Source: Okamejei kenojei
Lineage: Eukaryota
Assembly: GCA_035221665.1 (NCBI GenBank)
Contig: CM069168.1
Location: forward strand, 6,324,001 to 6,388,000
Direction of reading: 5' to 3'
DNA: 64,000 bases
Shown: one piece after another, positions 37,714 to 51,193 of the stretch
Layout: every line of letters starts with the position of its first letter
How positions within the stretch are numbered: the stretch's first letter is position 1
Notes under the pieces: generated by a model
Seen by the model: only the letters and a program-made list of their open reading frames with translations
The model's database searches: none
Told to the model about the DNA's origin: nothing
Made by a program: the position numbers and the translations under genes

Positions 37714-40244
37714 GATTCAGAATTGTATGTAGGTCAATCTGCCTCTGTCGCTGGGCACCAGTGTGGATGAGAGTGGATGGGAAAGAGGAATAACAGGTAC
37801 CTAACGCCCAGTTTGGAATGGTCGCGCCGAATGCAGTAACAGTCGGACAACGTATATTTCAACCATTGCATGGAGAAACCTATCTGGCAGATATGATATT
37901 CGGTGCTGTTACGCATAGGACTGGATCTATGATAATTTTACACGATCCTCTGCAAAAAGGGCACACTCATTTAAGTTTTGTTTTACCAGAAATTTTATAC
38001 ACTCAAGAAATATTACCTTACAGTTTGCGAATAATACAAATAAATTACTGTTGACTTATAAAGAGATTACATGACTGTTTTGTCTGCTCCAATAATGTAT
38101 TTTGATAACTTTAACTGCCAATAGTCAGATATCCAAACTACTATAAATCAATGCAACCACTAACTTAAACATGACAGAAACACTCCATTGAATTAGAGCT
38201 AAATGGAAGCTTTGAAAACGTTGCTTAAGTATTACAAGTGAATAGTTTCCTAATTTCCGCTGCTTTTTTCCCCATGCCCATTGTCCCTCTGTGTATTCTC
38301 CATTGACAAGATATAGTTCACACAGCCCCTCCAGCTGCTCAACAAGAATAAGAAGGCTTGTGGCACTGAAACCTGCTTCTTAATGACACAGGAAACGCCC
38401 AGAAGGAACAAGGGGGCAAAATAGACATTGATAAATCTTTTTCGAGAACAGTTTGCACTGCCACAAGAAACAGTACGCTGAAAAAATCGCCTCTGTTCAG
38501 ACAAAAGGCCAGTGTTAATCTTGATCAGGGCTGGGAGAGGGTGGGAAAGATGGCCAAAGTGTAGCAGCACCTAGGAGGGTGGAACACAGGTTGGTGGGTG
38601 ATAGCTGGAATCAAATGGGGTAGAGATAGATGGATGGGGCCAGGTTTCGTTTTTTAGCTTTGTTTAGTTTAGAGACACAACGCGGACCCTTTGGCCCACC
38701 AAGTCCTTGCCGACCAGCGGTCTCCGTTATACTAGCACACACTACACACCAGGAACAATTTACAATTATACCAAGCCAAAAAAAAGTGCTGGAGTACCTC
38801 AGCAGGTCAGGCAACATATTTTTTGGTTTAGAGATACAAGGCAGAAACAGGCCCTTCGGCCCGTCGGGTCTGCACCAACCAGAGGTCCCTGCACATTAAC
38901 ACTATCCTACACACACTAGGGACATTTTTTAAAAACATTTACACCAAGTCAATTAACCTACAAACCTAAACGCCTTTGGAGTGTGGGAGGAAACCAGAGA
39001 TCCCGGAGAAAACCTGCGCAGGTCATAAGAACGTACAAACTCCGTACAGACAAGCACCCATAGTCAGGATCGAACCCTGGTCTCTGACGCTATAAGGCAG
39101 CAACTCTACTGCCGCCCCTGGAGAAATGAGGAAGGGTAGAGGAGGACGGGTGAAGGTGTAAGAGTAGAACATCTCCAATGAGTTCCTTCAGAAAACAATA
39201 ATAATGTTTTTCCACCACAGCCACGTGGAAAATGCTGTGGTGGAAAAACTGACTGATTCTCGGTCTGAAGAAGGGTGTCGACCCGAACGTCACCTATTCC
39301 TTTTTTCCAGAGATGCTGCCTGTCCCGCTGAGTAACTCCGGCATTGTGTCTATCCTTGGTGTAAACCAGTATCTGCAGTTCCTCCCCACACGTGATACTT
39401 GGATACAGGCAAGGGGGATTTGATTGGCAGATGGGTGGAGTAAGTGACGAAGGCTTGAAATGAATAGGAAAGGAAGGGGTTCCAGATGGGGAGAGTAGAG
39501 GAGTGAAATGTAAAGCTAGAGAGAGAGATTTAGATGGAAGGGTATGGGGGGGCAGGGGAACATAGTGGAAGAAATGGGTACTCTCTGGGTTGGTGTGGGG
39601 GCTCAGGAAAGAGAGAAGGAATAGTTGGTTATTACTTAAAATTGGAGAATTCAACATTCATACTGTTGGGTTGTAAGCAGTGGGTCAATTCAAGAAGGTT
39701 GCCCCATAATATGTGGGGGGGAAACAAAGGATAATGGGAGCCCAGCGTGGAGGACTGGTGGGAGAAAATGGGGAGCAGGCGTGCTTTGTAACTTTGTCAG
39801 CACCGTAGGTGGCTGCTGTTTGTATACATTGTGTATGTAAGCAAAGAATCTCCCTGTGCCTAGGCACATGACAATAGACTATAGGTGCAGGAGTAGGCCA
39901 TTCGGCCCTTCGAGCCAGCACCACCATTTAATGTGATCATGGCTGATCATCCACGTCAGTACCCCGTTCCTGCCTTCTCTCCATATCCCTTAACTCCACC
40001 ATCCCTAAGAGCTCTATCTAACTCTCTCTTGAAAGCATCCAGAGAACCAGCCTCCACTGCCCTCTGAGGCAGAGAATTCCACGCACTCACAACTCTGTGT
40101 GAAAATAGTTTTTCCTCATCTCCGTTCTGTGACAATAAAGTATTCCTATTGCTATTCCTACAATCAGAGTAGAGAATAAGGCTCTTCAGTCTGCCCACAC
40201 GTCTCTTGAAGGGAGTCTGACCACACGTCTTTTCAGTATAGTAG

Positions 40245-40835
40245 AGAGGTTCTTCTGCTGTTGTATAGGGCTCTGGTGAGACCACATCTAGAGTATTGTG
40301 TCCAGTTTTGTTCTCCTAATTTGAGGAAGGGCATTCTTGTGATTGAGGCAGTGCAGCGTAGGTTCACGAGATTTATCCCTGGGATGGCAGGACTGTCATA
40401 TGTGGAAAGATTGAAAAGACTAAGCTTGCATTCACTAGGGTTTAGAAGGATGAGGGGGATCTTATAGAAACATATAAAATTATAAAAGGACTGGACAAGC
40501 TAGATGCAGGAAAAATGTTCCTAATGTTGGGCGAGTCCAGAACCAGGGGACCACAATAAAGGGGAAGCCATTTAAGACAGCGGCGAGAAAAGACTTTTTC
40601 ACCCAGAGAGTTGTGAATTTGTGGAATTCTTTGCCACAGAGGGCAGTGGAGGCCAAGTCACTGGATGGATTTAAGAGAGAGTTAGATACAGCTCTTGGGG
40701 CTAGTGTAATGAAAGGATATGGGGAGAGGGCAGGCACGGGTTATTGATTGGGGACGATCAGCCATGATCACAATGAATGGCGGTGCTGGCTCGAAGGGCC
40801 AAATGGCCTCCTCCTATTTTCTATGTTTCTATGAA
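40245..40835 (+). mobile_element. CR1 LINE 3' fragment
   Basis: YRALVRPHLEYCVQF; CR1 3' tail (TTTCTATG)n. Confidence 0.9.
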
Positions 40836-42501
40836 ATGCTGTTACATTGTGCATTTCCAGTTCAGACAGCAGCTCAGCGCTCGGCATCAGAGGTGAGACA
40901 CAAAGGGTCTACAGAGAGCCACCCTACAAATCTGCATGAGCAGCAGCTTGAATGTTTCGAGGTTCTACAGAACCCATGCAGGCAGGGGAGATTAGTTCAA
41001 CGTGGCATCATGTTCAGCACTGATATTGTGCGCCGAAGGGCCCGTTTCTGCGCTCTGCTGTTCTGTGTTCAAAAGAGTAGCACGGATAGATTCTGGTGTC
41101 TTCACCACAGAAAGCTAGAGGAGCGCCATGTATCAACCCAGTGAAAAAACAAATCTAACCACTTCACAGAGAACAATAGTTTTCCAAATGTAAAAGAACT
41201 GTGAATTTCCTTGAGCAAATAATGTAATTATATTAATATTAATATTCAGTGATACAGCATGGAAACAAGTCCTTCAGCCGACCATCGTTCACCCATTCAC
41301 ACTATTTCTAGGTTATTCCACTTTCCCATCCACTCCCTACATATTAGAGGCTAATTAACCTTGTATGTTTGGGATGTGGGTGGAAACCTACGCGGCCATA
41401 GGGAAAACGTGTGAATGCTGCACAAAAGCACACAAGACCAGGTTAGAACCCGTGTCTCTGGTGCTGTGAGGCAGCCGCTCTACCGGCTAGGCCACTGCAC
41501 CGCCCATAATGCCTCCACACAGAAAGAAATACAGGAGGAGGCGATTCTGACCATCATCTCTCTGCAGCGCTGAGCTTTCCATTTCATTCAACTCATGGCC
41601 TTACTTTTAACCTGCCAATTTTTCAAGTTTATACATAGGGCCCTTTGACAGTTATGACTGAATCTGCTTCCATCACCCTTTCAGGGCAATGCATTTGGAT
41701 CTCAGCTATGTACATCAAAAAAATCACCTCATCACACCTTCTCCAAATGCCCTCTGTACTGTATACTGCCAGCAATATATTCCCCTATTTTCTGTACCAA
41801 AACCATAGCTTTCAATCTTATCCTTAACCATGTTTAGTTTAGTTTAGTTTAGAGATACAGTGAGATTACAGAAATCACAGTTCTTTTACATTTGGAAAGC
41901 TATCATTCTCAAATACAGCTTGGAAACAGGCCCTTCGGCCCACCGAGTCTGCACCAACCAGCTTATCCCCGTATATTAACACACTAGGGACAATTTATAT
42001 CAAGCGAATTAACCTACAAACCGGCAAGTCTTTGAAATATGGGAGGAAACCGAAGATCTCAGAGAACCCATGCGGACACGGGGAGAACGTACAAACTGTG
42101 CACAGACAGCACTGGTAGTCGGGATTAAACCCGGGTATCTACCGTGTGTTTGAAAGGGAATCTTCTCTGAGCTGCCCTTCCAGTGAATCTGGCATTCTTC
42201 TTCAAGTGTGACTCACAAAATCAGTCACAATACTCGAGCTGAAGCTTCAGCTGGTATTTATGAAGAATGAGCTTAATTTTTATGAACTTAAAAAAATAAA
42301 CCTCATCAACTAGATTGAAATGTATATGTATGTGAATCTTCAGGCCTCTTTGATTCTTCACCACCTTTAGTTTTTATTAAGTTTGAATCACCAATCATGG
42401 CCTGTCTCCCCCAAAATGCAGCCATTGGATATTTTTAAAACCTCGATTCCATTTCAGTTGGTGTCATTCTAGCTACAAGACCAAAGTTCAGTCGGGCAAA
42501 T

Positions 42502-42819
42502 AGCCCTGTCCCACGGTGCGAGTTCGTTCCAAGAGCTCTCCCGAGTTTAAAAAAATCAAACTCATGGTAAGCACAGAGCATGAACGTAGCGGGTACGTCG
42601 GAGCTCGGGGACGTCTCTTAGCGCTAACAGCAGGTGCTCGGGAAGACTTCCTAACGGCAGGTAAACACGGGAAGACTCGTGAAGATTTTTCAACATGATG
42701 AAAAATGTCCACGAGAGCCCCGAGTACCGACGAGTGGCCATTACCGTAAATCTCCGAGTTTGAATCAGGGCAAACTCGGGAGAAGTCGCGGAATGAACTC
42801 GTACCGTGGGACAGGGGCT
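42502..42819. mobile_element. Harbinger-like MITE, second family
   Basis: TIRs GCCCTGTCCCACGGTGCGAGTTC / GAACTCGTACCGTGGGACAGGGGC; internally homologous (inverted) to 47205-47505. Confidence 0.8.
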
Positions 42820-43051
42820 TAAGATGGAGAGAAACAAAAACCCTGCGTGTGCACAGGTTTGCAACTGCAATGCAGCAGATTATCTGCATTGGTTAGTAGA
42901 GTGATATGGAACCCAAACACGGATCGAGGGACACTGAGACACCAACCTATCTTGGGCTTTCATGAAAGGGATGCAGCAGCCACCAGTCTCCTCAGAACTA
43001 CTATTGAGCCTTGCACCTTATTTTGTTTAAGGTCAGTAAGCACACACGTAC

Positions 43052-43362
43052 TTGGATGTCTCAACCTGCTCCTGTTTCGCCACTGGTGCGGCTGTAGCGC
43101 CCTCTGATGGTACAGAAGCAGCATCAACGTTGGCCGGCTGCTCTGCTTCTGCTGGGTCTTTTTTCTCAGCGCTCTGATCAGCTGCCACCACTGCTGCTGC
43201 ATTAGGTTGCTCCTCGGGTAGTGAATCCACCTCCACCTCCTGACTGGGAGATGGGACACACAACCTCTCTTCCTCCATTTTCTTCTTCTTGAGCTTTTCC
43301 TCAATATCTTTCACCCGTCTCTCATTGTCTTGAATAGAGAAATATTCAAACTTCTTAAAAGC
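43052..43362 (-). CDS. NUDCD3: NUDCD3 coding exon 2 (AFKKFEYFSIQDNERRVKDIEEKLKKKKMEEE...EQVETS)
   Basis: Acceptor TTTTCAAG|GCT, donor AA|GTACGT; 311 nt (phase 2 out); charged coiled coil plus acidic linker as in vertebrate NUDCD3 exon 2. Confidence 0.93.
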
Positions 43363-43754
43363 CTTGAAAACAAAACAGAGATGTGACAACATGAGACATG
43401 GGTCTGAAGAAAGGTCTCGACTCAAGCCCATTCCTTTACCCCAGAGATGTTGTCTGACCCACTGAGTTACTCCAGTTTCTTGCGTCTATCTTCAGTTTCA
43501 ATCAGCATCTGCAGTTCCTTCCTACAGAGATGTGACAATGTTAGTTGTATTAGGTTGACTTCATTTCATAAAGGCTGCGAACAAAAGATGTTTTAGTTAG
43601 GCAAGTGATGAGAAGGAATGCTGGGCAAACAGGGGAAAAGGAAGACGAGGGACACATACATGATCCCAATGAACCCCAGTGTAGGTTGGATGGGCTGAAC
43701 GGCCGCCCGTCCTTTCTTAAAACACCAGGCAACTATTTTTTCACTGTACTCATG

Positions 43755-44320
43755 CAGTTGAATGAACTTTTGGGCCCCATATCCGTGGAAGGAGGTGCTG
43801 ACGCTGGAGAGGGTCCAGAGGAGGTTTACCAGAATGATCCCAGGAATGAGTATGATAAGTTTATGATGGTACTGAGCCTCTACTCGCTGGCGTTTAGAAG
43901 GATGAGGGGGGGGGGGGGGGGGGGGGGGGGCAATTTGAAACTTACCGAATAGTGAAAGGCTTGGATAGAGTAGATGTGGAGAGGATGTTCCCACTAGTGG
44001 GGGAGTCTAGGACCAGAGGTCATAACCTCCGAATAAAACGATGCTGCTTTAGGAAGGAGATGAGGAGACATTTCTTTAGGCAGAGGGTGGCGAATCTGTG
44101 GAATTCATTGCCACAGAAGGCTGTGGAGGCCAAGTCAATGGATGTTTTTAAGGCAGAGATAGATAGATTCTGGATTAGTACATGTGTCAGAGGTTACAGG
44201 GAGAAGGCAGGCGAAAGGGATTGAGGGGGAGAGTTCGATCAGCCATGATTGAATGGCCGAGTAGACTTAATGGGCCGAATGGCCTAATTCTGCTCTTATA
44301 AATAAAATGATCTTATGAAC
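43755..44320 (+). mobile_element. CR1 LINE 3' fragment with expanded poly-G
   Basis: KGLDRVDVERMFPLVGESRTRGH...NLWNSLPQKAVEA. Confidence 0.88.
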
Positions 44321-44469
44321 AGAAATTGCTCTTTGTTACTTGGGTGCTATCTTGCTAATTAGTTAGCAAGATCACTGCTCTTTGCACCTTTTGGATAAGT
44401 TACTAACATTTATAGCACGATACAGAATGAGCTGAGGAATCCTATATCCGGGCACTCTCATCCTTACAA

Positions 44470-45120
44470 TCAAACTGCTTATACGTGGAACTCTTGGCAC
44501 AGTAAAATGCCTTGAGGTGTTTCATTGGAGCAATTGTCAAACACAGTTTGACACCAGACCAGGTAAGAGATACAAGTATAGGTGATCAAAGGCATGGCAC
44601 AACAAAATAAAGAGATTATGAATGGAACAGAGAGCGTGCCAGAAGGAATTTCAGATGCTGGTCTAAACCAAAGATAGACACAAAAAGCTGGAGTTACTCA
44701 ACGGGTCAGTCAGCATCTCTGGGGAAAAAGGAATAGGTGACATTTTGGGAAAAGGCCCTTCTTCAGATGGAAGCTTAGGTGGTCTCGGGGAGGCAGTGAG
44801 AGTCAGCAGTGGCGGCGGTTTTGGCAGTACTGGCCTGGGAACGGCCGGGAAGGCGATGAGCCTCACTCTGAAGAAGGGTTTCGAGCCGAAACGTCACCCA
44901 CTCCTTCTCTCTAGAGAAGCTGCCTGTCCCGCTGACTTACTCCAGCATTTTGCTTCGATTATAGAAAGCTGGTGAATTAAAGGCATACAGAGATAGCAGG
45001 AGGTTGTAGGGCTGGAGACGATTACAGAGGTGGGCAGGGAGATGTCATATAGGGATTTTAAAACAAGAGTGGGAACTTTGAAGCTGCAGCATTGTCAGAT
45101 CAGGAATCACTGTGGAATTC
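44470..45120 (-). mobile_element. Old degenerate L2-like LINE remnant, interrupted by Penelope fold-backs
   Basis: Resembles recalled elasmobranch L2 3' sequence (GGAGGTTGTAGGGCTGGAG..TTACAGAG; TTTGACACC); highly decayed. Confidence 0.45.
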
Positions 45121-47204
45121 CATGGGGAATGAATGCTGAGGAAACTGAAATCACCAATTTAGAGCTAAAAGTGTATAGTCCTCCAGGGTTTTGGCTTATG
45201 TCACTACCAGAAGTGCGAATAAATTATCCCAGGATAGTTCTACCCACTATTTCACAAGTTGTCTGAACCAGCTGTATACATATTTTTGGTTAAGTAGGAA
45301 ATTATATTCTAACATTTAGTTAAATTGGGCAAGTTACCCTCTCAAATATTGCTTTGCCATGTCTATGTGTTGCTCTTGTTTGAGGCAGCTTGTGGGGACA
45401 ACAGCAGCGTAAATGCCCCTCAATTGCATTCAATTTAGTAACTTACAACCGAGTTAAACTGGCAATTAATATCTCAACTGAAATTTACTGATTATATCGA
45501 GGTTGGACAGAAAGTATTATCTGGAAGGGTTTGAATTAAATCAGAATGCCACGCTGAAACGTAGCACACAATACATAAAATACAATCAGACCAAATTAAA
45601 GTATACCAATCAGTATTATTTTCTAAACTCTCAGGGCGATGTAATGCAAGCAACGTTATTCTTAAGAAGGGGTCGTGTTTTAGCAGCCTGATCCTCACAT
45701 TTTTGATGTCCTGAAATGGTCAATACCAATAAGTTAGATTTTAGACTTTAGAGATACAGCATGGAAACAGGCCCTTCATCCCACCAGTCCGCGCTGACAT
45801 GCGATCACCATGTGCCCTAAGGACAATTTATAAGCCAAGTATCCGACAAACCTGTACTACTTTGGAATGTGGTAGTAAACCGGAGCACCCGGAGGAAACA
45901 CAGACGGCCACAAGGAGAACATACAAACTCGTATCACCCGTAGTCAGAATCGAATATGGGTCTCTGCCGCTACAGGCCCTATACAGCAAATTAAACTCCT
46001 CTTCGATTTCGGGGCAGTTCAGACGGAGAAAGCATCATTCAATTAGCTGCTCGGTGATCTTAGACAAGCAGCACAAACCCAGGCCAGAACAAAGTCATCC
46101 AGATTACGATGTGCAGACACGATGCTGACAGACATCGGCCATTGGGGACTGTAGCGAATACTTTTGTAACTGCCGGTGCCCTTTACATCACTAAGCTCAA
46201 GGCTGGGCCTCTACGCCTCCTTTTGATGGAGAAAAAAGTTCCGTAAGCAAAATTGCCAATTATACAAAGACTGTTGTAAATGTGGGCAGTGCAGATGGAA
46301 GTATTAATTTATAATGCAATATTAATACACTGAATGAACTGGGCAAATATTATGCAAGATAGATGTAAACATGTGCACAAGATCATCCAGCTGGGATTTA
46401 TCGTAACAGCAAAAGTCTCGAAGCAGCAGAGGTACAAGAAGTCACGGGACAAACGTGGGCAGGTAGGACTAGCGTAGATGGGACATCTTGCTTGGCATGA
46501 GCAAGTTGGCCCACATCTCTCCAAACTCTTCCTATCCATGCACCTGTGCAAATGCTTTGTAAATGTTGTTATTGCACTTCCCTCAACTACCTCGTCTGGT
46601 CCCATATAACCAGAACCTTCTGTTGAAAAAAAGGTGCCCCTCAGGCTCCTTTCCCCTCTCACCTTAAGTAGTGATAGAGCTACTGCCTTACAGTGCCAAA
46701 GACCAGCATTCGATCCTGACTACAGGTGCTTGTCTGTACGGAGTTTGTGCGTTCTCCCCGTGACCTGCGTGCGATTTCTCCGAGATCTTCGGTTTCGCCC
46801 CACACTCCAATGTGTACAGATTTGTTGGTCAATTGGCTTGGTATAAATGTAAATTGTCCCTAGTGTGTGTAGGACAGTGTTAGTGTGTGGGGATTGCTGG
46901 TCGGTGCGGACTTGGTGGGTTGACGGGCACTATATCTCCAAACAAAACTAATTCCTATGTCGAAGGTAGACACAAAATGCTGGAGTAATTCAGCGGGGCA
47001 GGCAGCATCTCTGGAGAGAAGGAATAGGTGAAGTTTCGGGTCGAGACCCTTCTTCAGACTTTGAAGAAGTTCTCCTCCTCTCTTCGGCGAGAGTTCAGCA
47101 ACATCCTCTCACTGAAACCTTCCTTAAATTTCCTTCCACACTCCAAAGACGGTTAACTGGCTTATATAATTGTAAATTGTCCCTGGTGTGTGTAGGATAG
47201 TGTG

Positions 47205-47505
47205 GGGCTGTCCCACTGTACGAGCTAATTCAAGAGTTCTCCCGAGTTTCCCCTGATTTGAACTCGGAGAATTACAGTAATAGCCGCTCATAGGTACTCG
47301 GGGCTCTCGTGGACATTTTTCAACATGTTGAAAAATCTTCACGAGTCTTCCCGAGCTTATCTCGTTTCCCGAGTACCTGCCGTTAGCATAACAAGCCGCA
47401 AAGAGACGTCCCGAGATCCGACGTACATTCTACGTGCTTACCATGAGTTTGATTTTTTTTTAACTCGGGAGAGCTCTTGAATTAGCTCGTACAGTGGGAC
47501 AGCCC
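47205..47505. mobile_element. Harbinger-like MITE, second family, nested in a SINE
   Basis: ~40-bp TIRs GGGCTGTCCCACTGTACGAGCTAATTCAAGAG; flanked by TGTG on both sides. Confidence 0.82.
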
Positions 47506-48239
47506 TGTGCGGGGATCGCTGGTCGGCACAGACCTGGTGGGCCGAAGGGCCTATTGCCGCATTGTATCTCTAAACTAAACTAAAAACTAATCTAATCAAA
47601 ACCTAGTTTACCACAGATGAACCATATAGAAGGTTTAGGAATATAAAGCAAGCAGGAAAACATTTAAGCAGTCAATTAGAAGGGGGCAATGAAATGTCAT
47701 TGGCACATTGGAAAGAAAGTCCCAAGGCTTTTTATATGTACATTAAGTACAAGTGGATAACTAGAGAGGACAGGACCACTTGAGGTTAAAGGAGGGCATA
47801 TATGCCTGCTGTCAGAAATTGTAGATAAGGTACTACATCTGTATGCACCAAGGAGAAAGACATGGAAGTGTAAGGTCAATGTCGGGTGTACTAATGTGTT
47901 AGAGCAATTTGGGACCAAGGAGTTAGTGTTGCTCACCTGTCCCCTTCCTTCCTAATGCCATCCACCCATCCTACTCCCTTTCCAAACTCTGCCGCCCACA
48001 GCTCAATTTCCCACCTGTTGCTCTGCCCCCTTCCCGTTGCTTCCCATCCATCCCAGCACCCATCACATCCCTCACCCGCCCCTTGCCCCAGTCCTAACCA
48101 ACGACATCCACTCCTATCCCCACTTTCCTAATTCCCCTTCCCAACTGTTGCTCCTGCCCCCTCTTCTCACTCACCAAGTCCCTCCCAATCCCACCCCTCG
48201 CCCGTCACGTCCCATTATTGCCTCCCTTCCCCTCCATTT

Positions 48240-48655
48240 GTACCCTCCCTCACCTCGTCCCCCTCTCTAGCTCCCCTCCCCTACCCCCTTCCCATGCCTC
48301 ATCTCCCGCACCCCCTCCTCCCCACGTGTGTTCCTCCACCCTCTCTCCCCCATCCCTCCCTCTGCTCCATGTCCAACCCCTCACCTCCTCCAGTCCCCCC
48401 TCTCCCCCTCCACTCCCCTCCCCTCACCCCTCCCCCTCCCCCTCCCCCTCCCCCCCCACTCCCCCCCCCTCCCCTCCCTCCCCCCTCCCCTCCCCCTCCC
48501 TCTCCCCCCCCCTCATCTCCCCCACTCCTCCCCCTCCCCCTCTCCTCCCCTCCCCCTCCCCCCCACTCCCCCCCCTCACCCTCCCCCTCCACTCCCCCCC
48601 CTTCCCCTCACCCCCACCCTCCCCTCCCCCCCACTCCCCCCCTCCTCCCCCCCCC
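48240..48655. repeat. C-rich low-complexity tract (G-rich on the NUDCD3 sense strand) at the start of intron 1
   Basis: Runs of C separated by single T/A. Confidence 0.92.
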
Positions 48656-48659
48656 TCAC

Positions 48660-48857
48660 CCGCAGCGCCAGCCGCTCGGCCACCCCGGGCGGGAATCCCA
48701 GCCTGTCCTCCTTCAGCACCATCAGGCGGTAGAAGTCCGTTTTCCGGTACAGGAAGCCGAAGAGAGCGTGCAGAAAGTTCTCGATGTTGCCGCCGTGCTG
48801 CAGGATGCCGAGCAGCGCCTGGTCGTACATGTCGGTGGCGCCCGGAGCCGCGTCCAT
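48660..48857 (-). CDS. NUDCD3: NUDCD3 coding exon 1 (MDAAPGATDMYDQALLGILQHGGNIENFLHALFGFLYRKTDFYRL...LALR)
   Basis: NudC N-terminal motif YDQALLGILQH...FGFLYRKTDFYRL; ATG in strong Kozak context (GCGGCGATGG) inside a CpG island; donor CGG|GTGAG; 198 nt, phase 0. Confidence 0.97.
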
Positions 48858-48960
48858 CGCCGCCGCCCGGACCCCCGCCCGCCCGGACACACTTCCGGCC
48901 GCGCCCCCGCTCCCCGCTCCCCGCTCCCCGCTGCCCGGCGCCGCACCAACGTTCCTACCC
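48660..48960 (-). promoter_or_regulatory. NUDCD3 CpG-island promoter/5'UTR with ETS (GABPA-type) site CCGGAAGTG at 48898-48890
   Basis: High GC and CpG density around the ATG; CCGGAAGTG ~35 nt upstream of the ATG; GC-box-like runs. Confidence 0.7.
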
Positions 48961-49941
48961 CAGTCATGGTGCTGGTGGGGACAGTGAAGGAGCCAGGCTC
49001 CACCTGGCGAGTGATGGGGAGGCGGGCACACAATGCTGGAGGAGTGATGGGTGGATACAGGGTTCTTGGTTTCCTGGTCCTCCAAAATATTCCAAGTGGA
49101 ATTTAAACTGGGGTTGGTTTGACTCACTCACCAAGCCTGACAAAGCTGGAGATGGACAAAAATGCTGCGGAAACTCAGCGGGTGCAGCAGCATCTACGGA
49201 GCCAGGGAATGGCTGACGTTTGAGGCACCACTTTGTCTACTTTGACTGCGAAATCTCCTCAATGTATGCCTACTTTGAACAAGTTCTCCCTCCAGAGATA
49301 GTTTCACAACGTCTAAAGTAAACGTCGCCTATTTCCTTCGCTCCGTAGATGCTGCCGCACCCCCTGAGTTTCTCCAGCACTTTTGTCTACCTTCGATTTT
49401 CCAGCATCTGCAGTTCCTTCTTTAACAAAAGGTTGGAGGTGAAAAGGAGACAAAAGGGTGTCAGATAAAGAGAGGAGAATATAAAGGAAAATGAATTATA
49501 AAGCTGGGAAAACGATATATGGATGGAAGGGGAAATTGGGGCGTAAAGGAAAAATGGGAGACTTGTTGTTGTGAGTGGTGGGACATGAGCGAGAGGGGGG
49601 GAGAAGGAAAGAGAATGACTCAGGTGCTGGGAAAAATGTGTGCTCACTAAGTTAGGGGGGTTGGAATAGTTGGGGAAGAGTGGGTGGGGTGGGGTGGAGA
49701 GGGGAGGAGGGGGTAAAACACCTGTCTTCTGTCTGTCTGCTGGATCCCTGTTTGGCAACTCCCCTCCCTGATGTTTCTGTCGCAGCTTCCTCCATTGTGA
49801 GGCTGCCATACGCAAACTGGAGAAACAGCACCTTTGATAGCTCACAATCAAATGGTATGAACATTGATTTCTCCAATTTCAAGTGAATCACTCCCCCCCC
49901 CCCCCCCCCCCCCCCCCCCCCACTTACTAACCATTCTCCAT

Positions 49942-51193
49942 TAGGGTTGCCAACCTTCTCACTCCCAAATAAGGGACAAAATGTTAAAATAAGGGACAAA
50001 TTCCCAACGGCAATTCGTTGACTTTGGAGGAGGTGGGATGGGGACCCACAGTCCCGTTTATATCAATGGATCGATGGTGGAAAGGGTGAAGAGCTTCAAA
50101 TTCCTGGGCGTGCACATCTCTGAAGCTCTCTCCTGGACCGAGAACACTGATGCAATCATAAAGAAAGCACATCAGCGCCTCTACTTCCTGAGAAGATTAC
50201 GGAGAGTCGGTATGTCAAGGAGGACTCTCTCTAACTTCTACAGGTGCACAGTAGAGAGCTTGCTGACCGGTTGCATCGTGGCTTGGTTCGGCAACCTGAG
50301 CTCCCAGGAGAGGAAAAGACTACAAAAAGTAGTAAACACTGCCCAGTCCATCATCGGCTCTGACCTCCCTACCATCGAGGGGATCTATCGCAGTCGCTGC
50401 TTCAAAAAGGCTGGCAGCATCATCAAGGACCCACACCATCCTGGCCACACACTCATCTCCCCGCTACCTTCAGGTAGAAGGTACAGGAGCCTGAAGACTG
50501 CAACGTCCAGGTTCAGAAACAGCTTCCCCACAGCCATCAGGCTATTGAACAACTCAAACTGAACTCTGAACATTAATAGCCCATTATCTGTTTATTTGCA
50601 CTTTATTTGTTTTATTTATTCATGTGTGTATATGTTTATACAATGGTATATGGACACACTGATCTGTTCCGTATTCATGCCTTCTATAATTCTGTTGTGC
50701 TGAAGCAAAGCAAGAATTTCATTGTCCTATCTGGGATATATGACAATAAACTCTCTTGAATCTTGACTGACTTGGCCGTGGCTGGGTGAATGATGAGTTG
50801 GCCCCGGTGCTGGACTGCACACAAAGCCCAGCCGGCGGGCCAGCTGAGGGTTTAGACCCAGGCAACGTCACGCACAAAGTCCGGCACCCCATCCAACTCA
50901 TGAACCAATGATCGGCCATGAGGAGAGGTGGCGGTGTCGGCGGTAAGCAAAGGTCGGAGAGCTGGCCGGGCTGCCGACCGACGGGGCCGCAGGCGAGGTG
51001 CCGCTGCTGCACTCCATGGGCTGCACTACGTCAGGCCAGGTGAGGCGGGGTCGGATGCGGCACTCCACCCGACGGTCCCCTTGACCCGAGTAGTAGCTGT
51101 CAAATATGGTAAAAGGGCGGTCCCATATGGGACAAACCAATTTAGCCCAATATACGAGATGTCCCGGCTAATACGGGACAGTTGGCATCTCTA
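49942..51193. mobile_element. hAT (Tip100/Zaphod-like) non-autonomous element containing a nested LINE
   Basis: TIRs TAGGGTTGCCAAC / GTTGGCATCTCTA; 8-bp TSD TTCTCCAT / TTCTCCAC; subterminal GGGACA repeats. Confidence 0.8.
50024..50770 (+). mobile_element. Rex1/Babar (L2-group) LINE 3' fragment
   Basis: ORF FKFLGVHIS...KKAHQRLYFLRRL...LPSGRRYRS...SFPTAIRLLN; AATAAA plus (CTTGA)n tail. Confidence 0.88.

Noticed and set aside
43906-43930. Long poly-G (and poly-C at 49893-49921)
   Set aside because: Homopolymer expansion or sequencing artefact within retroelement sequence
47319-47332. CAACATGTTG as a p53 response element
   Set aside because: Only 8/10 match to a single RRRCWWGYYY half-site, with no second half-site
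48037-49216. Proline-rich 270-332 aa plus-strand ORFs
   Set aside because: C-rich low-complexity DNA antisense to NUDCD3 exon 1
50038-50562. 174-aa intact ORF as a host gene
   Set aside because: C-terminal RT region of a 5'-truncated Rex1/Babar LINE with a second copy at 61608
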